A stretch of 64,000 nt of DNA. It comes from Salpingoeca rosetta (taxonomy: Eukaryota; Protista; Choanoflagellata). Under the pieces are notes generated by a model. It was given only the letters and a program-made list of their open reading frames with translations. It ran no database searches and was not told the DNA's origin. Positions 44,741 to 64,000 of the stretch are shown here, piece by piece. The position numbers and the translations under genes were made by a program. Each line of letters starts with the position of its first letter. Within the stretch, counting starts at the first letter, position 1. The DNA lies in assembly GCA_033442325.1 (NCBI GenBank), contig JAWQFM010000022.1, positions 62,001 to 126,000 on the forward strand, read 5' to 3'.

Positions 44741-47517
44741 TACAGACACACACACACACATACACAAGCATGCACACACACACCTACACAAGCATGCACA
44801 TATACATACACACACGCACCCGAAAGAACTGGACGTCGACGACGCAGCAGAGGGAGAGAATGTGACGGACTGAGATGTCTTTGGTTCCCGGGAGCAGAAA
44901 CACCTGTACAGCCACCCAATCGCCACCACAGTCGCAAACACGGTGGTGAGTTATCCTAAACGGCAGCTGTGTGTGTGTGTGTGTCTGTGTGTGCACTACG
45001 CAAGCAAGTACAGTGTGATGCATCGTGTGCAACTGACCTCGTTTTGGAAGACGCGGCGGCCGGCTGCGTGCTGGATGGCGTTTGCGTACACATATTCGTC
45101 AACAATCACACGTGGTTCCGCCTCGGCACCGTCTTGGTAGATCTACGATGAGCACAACAAGACACAAGGTGGTGTGGGTGGTGTGGGTGTCGTATGATGA
45201 CGTGTGGTTTGCATGCAGAACAGAACAGAAGGAAGCCAACTTCAAAACACCATCGTCATCATCGTCATCATCGTCACCTCGAGAACGCGTCCAATGCGCA
45301 GTTCCTCCACGTCCGGCGTCTTCCAATACACAAACGACCCTGACGTACAGTCGCATGTGGTAGTTCGAATGTGTTAATGTGTGTGAACGCAGGAGTGTGT
45401 CGATTGCAACAGCGAGTAGTGCATTGTCGCAACACGAACCAAGAAACACACACGCACACACGCACACACGCACGCACGCACACACGCACGCACGCACACA
45501 CACGCACACACGCACACACGCACACACGCGCAGGTAGTTGCAGCATCAACACATTCACATGTGCATGTGTTGCAGTTTCCGCACCAGCGCTGACGTCGAG
45601 CGCGGGCTGATGGAGCACTTTGAAGAAGCGGCGGTGGGGTGCCGCCTCAGACACGACGTCTTTGAGCACAATCGTGTCGGGCAGCTGGTACGTGGCACAT
45701 GGAGGTGGCGCAATGCAACGGAGGGAGGGCGAAGGAGGGGTGGAACATAGTAGGGCGTGAGTTGAGAAGCGGTCACATGATGCAAGGCAAGCATAAAATC
45801 ACGTTCACACACATACAAAACAAGACCCCGAGAATAGGATATCATAAGCCCACAACAGAGTGTACAACCACACACATCTGCAGAGCGAAAACAAAGGGTT
45901 GTACCGTTCGCGGGGAGCAAACTTCGCATGTGTACTCCAAGGCATCGTCATCCACAACGTCCATGCACACGCAGTGCTGCCAACTGTCGCACGCGTCGCA
46001 CTTGATCATCTGCCCGTCCTCTGTTTTTGTGTTGAGCGCAACGTACACACACACACACACACACACACACATGTGTACGCATGTATGCATGAGAGAGACC
46101 AGAGGCGAGAGGCAATCACCAACTCATGCATGAATCGCGTGTGAATATTGTGAGTGGACCCCGCACACACACATACACACACACATATACACACAACGCA
46201 CACATACACCCACACATACACAGTGCCGTACCCATGTGCACGCCGCAGCGGCAGCGAATGACGTCACCATCGGTTGCCATCGCCTTCATGATCTGCTTGT
46301 AGCCCGCCGCCGTCACGGGCGGTGTGCTCTTCTGCACATCGCGGGTGCACACAGGGAGACAATGGTACGCATGAAGGAATAAGGGCATCTGACAGAGATG
46401 TGGGCGAAACCTGCACGCACAGTGTACACGTATCACACTCACACGCACACACACACACACTCTCTCTCTCACTCTCTCTCACTCACTCACACACACACAC
46501 ACACACTCTCTCTCTCTCTCTCTCTCTCACTCACGCACTCACTCACTCAAACACACGAAACCCAGCGCACCTGCGCAATCCGCCCGCGTTCAATGAGCGA
46601 AAATCGATGTGCAACCCTCTCCTCTGGCGGTGGCGGCTGCTGCCTGCTCACAGTGCCGTGCTGCTGCTGCTGCCGTTGGCGCAACGTCGTTCCTGTTCCT
46701 GTTGTTGATGATGATGTTGTTGTTGCTGCTGCTGCATTTGCTGTTCGTGTGGTGTTGTCGTGATGATGTGGCGTGTTCGCCTGGCGTGTTGTGGTATCTT
46801 CCCTTGTATCCTTGCTCTCCCCATCTCCAAAAGCATGTGCAGGGATGGTCGCTCCTGCCGTTGCAGCCTGCATGGTGCCCAACGTTGGGAGGGATAGCAG
46901 GCCACCGAGCCCCACCTGCGGTGCGTGCAACATATGTGCCATGGACACTGCTGCTGCTGCTGCTGCTGGCGACGACGATGATGGCGATGATGATTGCGGT
47001 GCAAAGAGAGCACGCATGTGTGCATGCGCGTTCGCGTTCGCGTGCGCGTGTGTGGTTGACACGAGTGGAAACGGAACAGCTCCAGCGAAGGTAAAGTGCG
47101 TTGGGTGGGCATGTGCCGGCGACACGGGCACGCTGGCGGCGGTGGTGGCGGCGATGCGATGGTGCTGCTGCTGCAAGATGGAAGTGGGGGACAGGAGCGA
47201 GGCAAACGGTGGCGAGTGGGCCGTGACCATTGCGGATATGCGATGCATGAAGTCGACTGTTACGGCGATGGCATCACGCTTAGTGGGCGGTGTGGCCAGA
47301 CCAACAGCAGCGAGGATGTGGTGCAGCTGCTCCAAGGAGAGCTCTTCAAGGTGGCCGGGGTTGGTCGCCAGCAGCGCCGAGATCAGCCGCTGGTGCTGCT
47401 CCGGATATCCAATGGCCTGCACCGTAGTAGGAGGGGTGCGATGGCGGGATGATGATAATAGGGTGGTGAGGTTCGGAGATGACAGGGTGATGGGTGTCAG
47501 GACACACACACACACAC

Positions 47518-47560
<43 letters not shown>

Positions 47561-48178
47561 CGCTCTCCATCCTGGCGCTACTGCGCTGTCCCTTGAGGGT
47601 CCACACATCTCCATCTCCATCTACACATACACACGAGCGCACCTGAAGAACGGGGATAAGTGCGGGCGATACAGACAAGTTGCTGGGGGACGGCAGCTGC
47701 ATTGATGACTGCAGCAGCGATGATGCTGATGACAGTGATAAAAGTGGTGGTGGTGGTGTTGCTGCTGCTGTTGGCTTCTGGTGGGATGGTGGAGGGTGTG
47801 AGGATTTCTGATCATCAGATCCCTTCTTCTCCTGTTGCTGCTGCTGTTTGTCTTGGCCGGTTGCTGCTGCCATCTCTGGCAACGGCTCGGTTTTCACTTG
47901 CAAGTGCTGACTCTTCTTCTTCTTCTTGTTCTTCTGATCTTGTTTCTGCTGCTGTTGCTGTTGTTGCTGTTCGTTTGTGTGACGTGCACTTGGCTCGTTC
48001 TCCGCTTGCTTTCCCTCCTCTTCCTCATCATTTGCCTCCTTTGGTGTATCATCGCTGCTGAACTGCACCGCTCCCATGCCACCATTGTCAGAAGCTGTCG
48101 TTGTAGCCGTGGCGACGGTAGCGCTGGTGGTGTGTGCACTGCCTCTGTTGCCGCCTTCTGCGGAGCAGCAACAGTATG

Positions 48179-48256
<78 letters not shown>

Positions 48257-48702
48257 GTGTTGTGTTGTGTTGTGTTGTGTTGTGTTTGGGAGCAAAGGGA
48301 TGTCAGGGGCGATCATTGAGCGGTTTGAGATCAGCCACAAGTTCGTGCACCCTCGTCCACAAAGGGGCACACACATGCATCCACGTGTTCACATGCATGC
48401 GTACCAGCGGAGATATTGAATGGGCTGAGCTCTCCGTGTAGGATGCGTTCTCGAATCACTTGTGCAAACCTTGCAGCAATATCTGACGAAACAATCAATA
48501 CATGCACAAAAGCAGTCATGAGGGCGATGAGCGGGGGGAGAGAAGCGGTAGGATTAGGGCAGAAGATGTGGTGTTATTGATCTTCTTATTGTTCATGTCT
48601 TGTTGTTCATGTTTTCATGTCTTGGCATTACCTTCGTCGGCTTTGGCTTCCCGCTGTTTGAAGGCCTGTGCATGCGACAGGGAGAGAGAGAGAGAGAGAG
48701 AG

Positions 48703-48761
<59 letters not shown>

Positions 48762-49256
48762 TGAGGGTGGAAGCCGGAACGGCAGCAAGGCACACCAACA
48801 TGTTCAGGGAAGCAGCGGAAAAATGAAGGAAGCAGAGGCACAATAGGAAGAGGAGGAGTAGGACGCAGGCAGTCAAGACACGTACAACACGGTGTTCGTT
48901 GGAGAGCCGCTGCTTCCAGTTGATTTGAATCTGCCTAAGGATGCGATAGGAGACGTTGCGGAAGGTGTGCTTGACCTGCTGCAGGACGAATCAGTTTGTG
49001 TGTCGAGCAGCCAAAGAGATGACAAGGTGAGAGGTGCGCTTGTGAGGGCGTGCGCTTGTGAGGGCGTGCGCTTGTGAGGGCGTGCGCTTGTGAGGGCAGT
49101 GGGCGGCTGTGAGAGGAAGACAAGCCCTGCCCCTTTACAACCCAGGCCGGCAAGGCATACCTGGCGGTCAGTGTTCATGAGGCCCAGGGTCGCTTCCACA
49201 AAGGTGGCGAAGCCCCGGGGCGGCGTGTCCCAAATCCTGTCCTCGTCGCTTTGCAT
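41303..49256 (-). CDS. Chromatin reader: SAP-like helix-extension-helix, ASH1L-type PHD finger + BAH domain, three C2H2 zinc fingers
   Basis: PHD DVIRCRCG..EDGQMIKCDACDSWQHCVC..YTCEVCSPR. BAH exons GSFVYW..RIGRVLE, HAAGRRVFQNE|VFLLP..LCCVVD, GDPAGFDAQDVYVCEFMID. C2H2 fingers CGVDKC..HLKTQH, CPERGC..HMNDVH, CPFYRC..HIMTCH. The 5' end is uncertain. Confidence 0.8.
49035..49097. repeat. 16-bp tandem repeat TGCGCTTGTGAGGGCG x ~4, intronic
   Basis: Read directly from the sequence. Confidence 0.9.
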
Positions 49257-49580
49257 CGTAGACGCTCGTGGTTTGTGCTGCGCAAACGGGCAAGAGGAAC
49301 AAAGGAAGCGCGCAACGTGGCAGCTGTGACAGGGGCTTCCTGGCTGGGTTTCAAGTCACGTGCTGTGAAATGAGACTGACAATGGCAAGAGTCTGTCAGG
49401 AAACCCGCCACGAGAGTACAAGAGCAAGGCGACGCGAAAGTGTTGGCGAACGTGTGTGTGTGTGTGCGTGTGCGTGTGTGTGCGTGTGTGTGTGTGTGGT
49501 GGGTGGGTGGGTGGGTGCACAACGCAGGAGAGAGAGAGAGAGTGAGTGAGTGAGTGTGTGTGTGTGTGAGTGTGCGTGTG

Positions 49581-49775
49581 GAGGACCGCCGACTCGCACC
49601 GTTTCTAGTTTTTAACTTTCTTGTCAAACCCTCTGTTAGTTGGCAAGGTTGACCGATTGCTCAGTCAACTACCCTGAGTTCACAGGGCTACACGCTACTT
49701 CGCTAAGCATCACGGAGCTGGGTGCTTATCCCCAATAGTTCGGATAATTATTATGCTCGCTAACACTACCACGAC
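49581..49775. other. Random-like segment flanked by a ~50-bp direct repeat (probable filled assembly gap)
   Basis: The flank AGAGAG..GTGAGTGAGTGAGTGTGTG..GAGTGTGCGTGTG occurs on both sides (~49529-49580 and ~49776-49829). Confidence 0.6.
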
Positions 49776-49818
49776 AGAGAGAGAGAGAGAGTGAGTGAGT
49801 GAGTGTGTGTGTGTGTGA

Positions 49819-49856
<38 letters not shown>

Positions 49857-50752
49857 GCGGGGGGGGGTATTCAATGGATACGAGGATGTTTGTGATTCGC
49901 GCCACTTTGGGCTGCTGCGGCGACTTACTTGGGTGAAACTTGGCGGGAACTTGAGACTTTGAAGGTATTTGTTGCTGGCGGTGTCCTGTCACAGTCAGGT
50001 GTCAGTCTCGTTCCAAGGCCTGCGAGGCAAACCAACCCAGGTGTCCACAACACACACACGCACACACACAAGCACACAAACACACACACGAGACAAAAAG
50101 GATTGATCACATCCACAGCACACTCGACTGGCAGACTGGCAGCTCGGCAGGCGGCAGTGTCCCCCTCATCTTGTTCACTTGCGCACCAACTCCCAACACG
50201 CACAACACACACATGCATGCACAACACCAGCACCAACCAACCACCCACATCATCCATCCAAGACCCCAAACGCAGCGAGCGAAGCAGCAAGCGAAGCGCC
50301 AGCGGCTCACCTCTTCTTCCAGTCGAAAAATGCCCTTTGAACGCGGCGGGCAAACGAGTCACCCCTTCCGATATTCGAGGGCTCGATGTGCGAAGCTAAA
50401 TGCGTGTAATTTTGGTGGATAAACCGGCAAGCTGTCTAATGCGTACACTACCAGGTAAGGCCGTGCGAAACGTAGCAACAGCACCACGTCATGACTCATC
50501 ATCCTCCAAACACAAACAACAGCGAAAAGCGAAAGCGGAGACGCAACAACTGCTCATTCATCGAAGCACACCCCCACCGCACCACACCACAACAAGCGAA
50601 GCAACCACCCGACGACGTACTGTCACATCACTGAATGAAGGCAAACAAACAAACACACACACGCGCGCAGTGAGAGAGAGAGAGATAGAACAAAAACCAA
50701 AACCAACGGATAGTGGTGCCGCGCGAGCCAGCACAGCAGCACAGTCACCATT

Positions 50753-54118
<3,366 letters not shown>

Positions 54119-54256
54119 GATCATGGCGTTTTGGTCGTCGCGATCGCGCAGTGCGGATAATTGTGAATAAAAGCGCCAATTTTCCTCAACCCACGTGTTT
54201 TTCAGCACCAGGCAAGACGAACACAAACACACACACACACAAACACAACACAACAC

Positions 54257-54376
<120 letters not shown>

Positions 54377-54380
54377 GAGA

Positions 54381-55931
54381 ATGCGACGCGGCCGTGGGGA
54401 TGCAGAGGGTGACTCGTCGGATGACGAGGAAGAGGTTGACATGATGGGAAATAGCAGTGACGAGGAAGAGAAAGACAGTGGCAGCGACAGCGGAGATGAG
54501 AGCAGCAGTGGCAGCAGCGACGAGGAGGAAGGAGAGACAAAGCAACAAACAAAGGAAGGTGGAGATGAAAGTGACGACAACAACGAGAGTGATGACGACA
54601 GCAGCAGTGACAGTAGCAGTGACAGCAGCAGTGGCAGTAGCAGTGACAGCGATGAAGATGAGAAAGAGGAGGAAGAAGAGCCAAAGCTGAAAAAGGCAAA
54701 GGTGACATCGCCTCAGCAACAGCAGGAGAAACCAAAGGAGAAGAAGAAGAAGCAGCAGCAACAACAAGAACAAACACAGACCAAGAAGAAGAAGAAGAAG
54801 CCATGGGAAAAGAGCACCACCGCTGTCGAGGACAAGGGCGATGCGCCGGGGCTGGGCTTCAGGCGCCGACTGCCAAAGCCCGCATCGGACACCGACGAGA
54901 CCGACACAAGCACCAGCACAGCCGCAGCACCCAAGAAAACGAAAGACAAGAAAGACAAGACGAAGAAAGACACGAAGCAAACGGATGACAAAGGCGACAG
55001 CGACCAAGACAAGCAAAAGAAACAGAAGAAAGCAAAGAGCAGCAGATACATTCTCTTCGTCGGTACGTGGACCTTGAGGGTGTGTGTCTCTGTGTCTGTG
55101 TGTCTGTGTGTGTGGTTACTCTGTGACTGTGCGCTGTGGTGTGGCGACGTTGTTTTCGTATCTGTCGCTGACGTTGGTTGGTTCACGTACAGGCAACCTG
55201 ACGAAGCAAACCACAAAGGAGGAGATTGAAACCCACTTCAAAGCATGCCGTAAGTGATGAGATGACGCTTTCATGCCCTGTTCCGCTGTTCCTGAGTCAC
55301 TGCCAAGATTGCTGTCGATCACCTCTTGTGTGCCGACTCATTGCTCTGTGGCTGCCACGTGCCAATCCTGCCATGACAGAGGTCAAGGATGTGCGGCTGC
55401 TGACGAAGAAAGGCACCAACGAACCACGTGGCTGTGCTTTCGTCGAGTTTTTCGACAGCGCCGGCCTCTGGGTGCGATTCATGTGTGTATGGGGTTTGTG
55501 TGAGTGTCTGTGCCTGTGCCTGTGTCTGTGTATGTGTGTGTGTGTGCTTGCGTGAGCAACTTCCTTCAGCCTCATGTATCGTTCGCGCTCAACGCTCCCC
55601 CCTTCCTCCTCCCTCTTGCGTGCGTTGTTTCCGGTTGTGTGCTGGCTGGGTGCAGAAAGGGATCAAGTTCAACAAGACGGTTCTCAACGATAAGCACTTG
55701 AATGTCGAGTTTACTGCGGGCGGCGGCGGCAAGGTGCGCACATGTGCTGCACTCGCTGACCTCGTGGCTGTAAACATACTGTTGTTGTTTGTGCTCGCAC
55801 ATACACACATACACACATACACACATACACACATACACACATACACACATACACATACACGCGCGTGCGTGCGTGCTTGGGCATACTCGCTCCCACACCC
55901 ACTCCCTCACGCATTCATTCACACACACACA

Positions 55932-55966
<35 letters not shown>

Positions 55967-56534
55967 GCACACTCACCTCCACGCACGCTCACACGCTCAC
56001 ACACTCACGTACATACATACTTATACCTTCACTCCCCCCTCGGCCATCCCACCATGACGGTGCGTGGCTGGCTTGCAGAGCGAAGAACGCGTGCAGAAGC
56101 TCAAGTCCTTGCGAAGGAAGAAGCAGCACATCATGGACCAGGTACCGTCGTCTGCACGTGGTCAAGGACAAGGCGGTCGAGAGGAGTACACAGCGGTACT
56201 GGGGAACAGGAGCAGGGTGGATGGGAGCTGGGCGGGTGTGCACCGCTCTGTGTCAGGTTGAATCGAGCATAGAGCGCGTCGCTCACGCCAAAACTGCATG
56301 CTGCACACGATACAGGTCCAGGAAGGGCGGCATGAGCGCCGAGGCACATATATCAACGAGCGGAACAGCGGCGGTTACAACTCCTTCCGTGGTGGCCGTG
56401 GTGGTGGCGGCTATGGTGGTGGACGCGGCGGTGGTCGCGGTGGTGGTCGTGGTTGGAGCCGTGGGGGCGGCAGGGGCAGAGGTGGACGAGGCAGAGGTCG
56501 TGGTCGTGGTGGCGGTCATGGAGGGAGGTGGTGA
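54381..56534 (+). CDS. Nop6-like nucleolar RRM protein with acidic/Ser- and Lys-rich N-terminus and C-terminal RGG/GAR tail
   Basis: RNP2 YILFVG|NL, RNP1 RGCAFVEF, and LNVEFTAGGGGK|SEERVQKLK, which resembles remembered yeast Nop6 INVELTVGGGGNSQERLEKLK. RGG repeats end GGHGGRW*. Confidence 0.82.
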
Positions 56535-56593
56535 GAGTGTCAGTCAACAGATACACAGCTGGCTGGAGACAGCAAGCAAGCAACCATCACTCA

Positions 56594-56668
<75 letters not shown>

Positions 56669-56748
56669 CAGCCCCCGCTTCTTCTTCATTCTGCTTCTTT
56701 GTTCCACCCGAAGTCGTGGCGATTGATTGAAAATACACATAATTTTCG

Positions 56749-61562
<4,814 letters not shown>

Positions 61563-61859
61563 CTGTTTGCAGATGTGCAGATGTGCAGATGTGCATAAGC
61601 AAGTTAGCAGTACATGCATAAATGAAGCAGTGTTGATGTTGGGACAACAAACAATTAAAGCGAACAAGGAGCGGGGATTTGGAGGGTGGGGTGAGTCACA
61701 TTGGAGCACTTGGCGTGTGCGAACATGTGAGGTGTTGAAGATGATTTCCAATGGCTTGGAGGAACCATCCGCAAGGCAAGAGCAAGTGTCATCGATGTGG
61801 AATCTTGATGCTGACGAGGTGCAAGTACATGTAATGTGAGATGGCATCTACACCCACAG

Positions 61860-61958
<99 letters not shown>

Positions 61959-62044
61959 CACACACACACACACGCACGCACACACGCACACACACATGTT
62001 TCAAATTGTTCGCGGCATTTGTTGTAGACTGATTTCAGTCGCGT

Positions 62045-62355
62045 ATGACGACAGCGGAGATGGGGGACCAAGCAGAACAACAGCAGCAGCGCGTGCAGCA
62101 GGTGTGTGTGTGGAGTGCGAAGAGTGGATGGAGGACTCGATGACTTGACTTGCTCCACTTGCTTCCTGGGAAGGAGGACGACTGAAGGACTGGGTTGCAC
62201 ATTGGTGGAGTGCTGTTGTCGTGTTTTACAGTGGGTTTCAAGAAGCCACTTCGTCGTCGGGGTCTTGATAGCAGTCACACATGACCAAAAGCTCACATGC
62301 ACATTTTATACACACACACACACACACACACGCACATACACACACACACACACAA

Positions 62356-62443
<88 letters not shown>

Positions 62444-62641
62444 ACATTCGTTTCATTGACCATGCCACTCTTGCGGTGCCTCCGACAGCGTGGGAGGAAG
62501 CGCACACTCCCAAAGCCAAGCCAAAGCACATCGTCATCGGCCTTGTTGCAGTCAGACGCGCAGTGAGTGCCCTGCCTCACACGTTTATATGCAGTGATCA
62601 TGCATCCAGCACAGGACTCATATGCGACCATTTCTTCCCAT

Positions 62642-62710
<69 letters not shown>

Positions 62711-64000
62711 CACACACACACACACACACACACAAGGCGGCTTGTCACACTGAAAGCCATTCTCGCCTTTGAAGACGAGCACCGGCGGCTGCTGAGACAA
62801 CTCATCACGGTACGTTGCCAGCGCGATGACGGGCGATGGTGAGGATGGTGATGCCTGATATGTCGCCTTCATCCTTATGCCCACATCCCCGCTGTCCTGC
62901 TCACTCCAATCACCACGACTGCTTTGCCACTGAATCACAATTTGCAGGATTTCCGCGATGCGATAGCCAGCGATCAGGTGCTGTGGCCGCTGATGCATCG
63001 AGCCTTTGTTGTCGTGAGCGCGAATAATGCGTGGGCGTTCACCTTGGACTGTATTATACGGTCCAAGCTAGTTCCAACTACACTGACCTTGTCACTTTCA
63101 TCGCCTTCTTGTCGACGTTCGCATGGTGCAGGAACTGGCTGTGGACCAGGCACAGCTGGATCTGCTGTTCCCGCCAATCTTGCAGTACATGCACGACCAA
63201 TCAAAAACCACAGTGAAGGTGTGCTCTTCCGCCTTTCCACCTCATGCAACTGCACAATCACACTCTATTGTGTGTGTATGTGTGTGTGTGTGTTTGCAGA
63301 CTTTCACCATCTCTCATACGTGCGCCACAACGTCAAACGCACCCGAACATGAACACGCACCACGTGCCACAGTTGCTGTCAGCGCGGGTGCGCACTGCAC
63401 AGGGCCGGGCCGTTGTTGGCGATGTCTATCATCGCCTCTTTGACCGCGTATCAAACGTCAACCAGGTGTGCGTGTGTGTATGCAAATGTGAAAAGGTTTA
63501 TGCACGCGCACATGTAAAAGCCTTTGTACGCGCGCATTTGTGTGAGGCTTTGGGTGCACGTATGTTGCCGCTTGCCCTTCTCTGCGCCTTTCATACCCCA
63601 TTACACGTTCTCATTGTCTCACACCTCCGCATCGATCCCAGGGCATGTCGCGAGTGGAGTCTGCCTACTTTGAGTTTGCATTCACACACGTGTCGCGGAA
63701 ACGGCTGTTGGAGGAGATCCTGTAAGCGATCGCTGCATGCTCGTTGCCACATGCGCAATACAGCATAGTTGTCATCACGGTCGCTGTTGCATGGTCATAT
63801 GTACAGACACCACACAAATGTACGCATGCTCATACTGTATGTCACGCCCCCCCTCACCATCGTATCTGTGTGCTGGGCGGATGACAGGACGACCAACAGC
63901 CACCCGCTGTACTCCATTCTTCGCGTGACAAGCAGCCGTGTCTTTGATGAAGGCAACACACTCACACACGCAATCGACGCGCCCTTTCTTCACTTGCGAG
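62045..64000 (+). CDS. 5' part of an unknown, probably alpha-helical multi-exon protein, truncated by the window end
   Basis: Exon-like islands between CA/TG-rich introns: MTTAEMGDQAEQQQQRVQQ, RLVTLKAILAFEDEHRRLLRQLIT, DFRDAIASDQVLWPLMHRAF, ELAVDQAQLDLLFPPILQYMH, GMSRVESAYFEFAF. Some junction phases are unresolved. Confidence 0.55.

Noticed and set aside
49035-49097. 16-bp repeats as a CRISPR-like array
   Set aside because: Head-to-tail with no spacers, in a eukaryotic intron, with no cas genes.

Overview
Eukaryotic, GC-rich, intron-dense genomic DNA with (TG)n/(CA)n-filled introns and polyQ-rich exons. This style is most consistent with the choanoflagellate Salpingoeca rosetta (inference; not searched). 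Most ORFs in the six-frame track are microsatellite artefacts. Splicing exons by eye at GT-AG sites with phase checks gives about 12 genes: a giant NRBP-like pseudokinase (-), an ABCG half-transporter (-), a NagA-like deacetylase (-), a low-complexity orphan (+), LTA4H/M1 aminopeptidase (-), Mpo1/DUF962 (-), anoctamin/TMEM16 (+), an ASH1L-type PHD-BAH + C2H2 protein lacking SET (-), a RING-TRAF Zn-LysM-UBA-like-FYVE-like protein (+), a Nop6-like RRM/RGG protein (+), glomulin (+), and a truncated unknown gene (+). The best candidate for an undescribed system is the RING-LysM-FYVE protein, a possible cytosolic glycan-sensing ubiquitin ligase. Three short random-looking segments are probably filled assembly gaps. 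All family assignments come from motif recognition from memory, not database searches.
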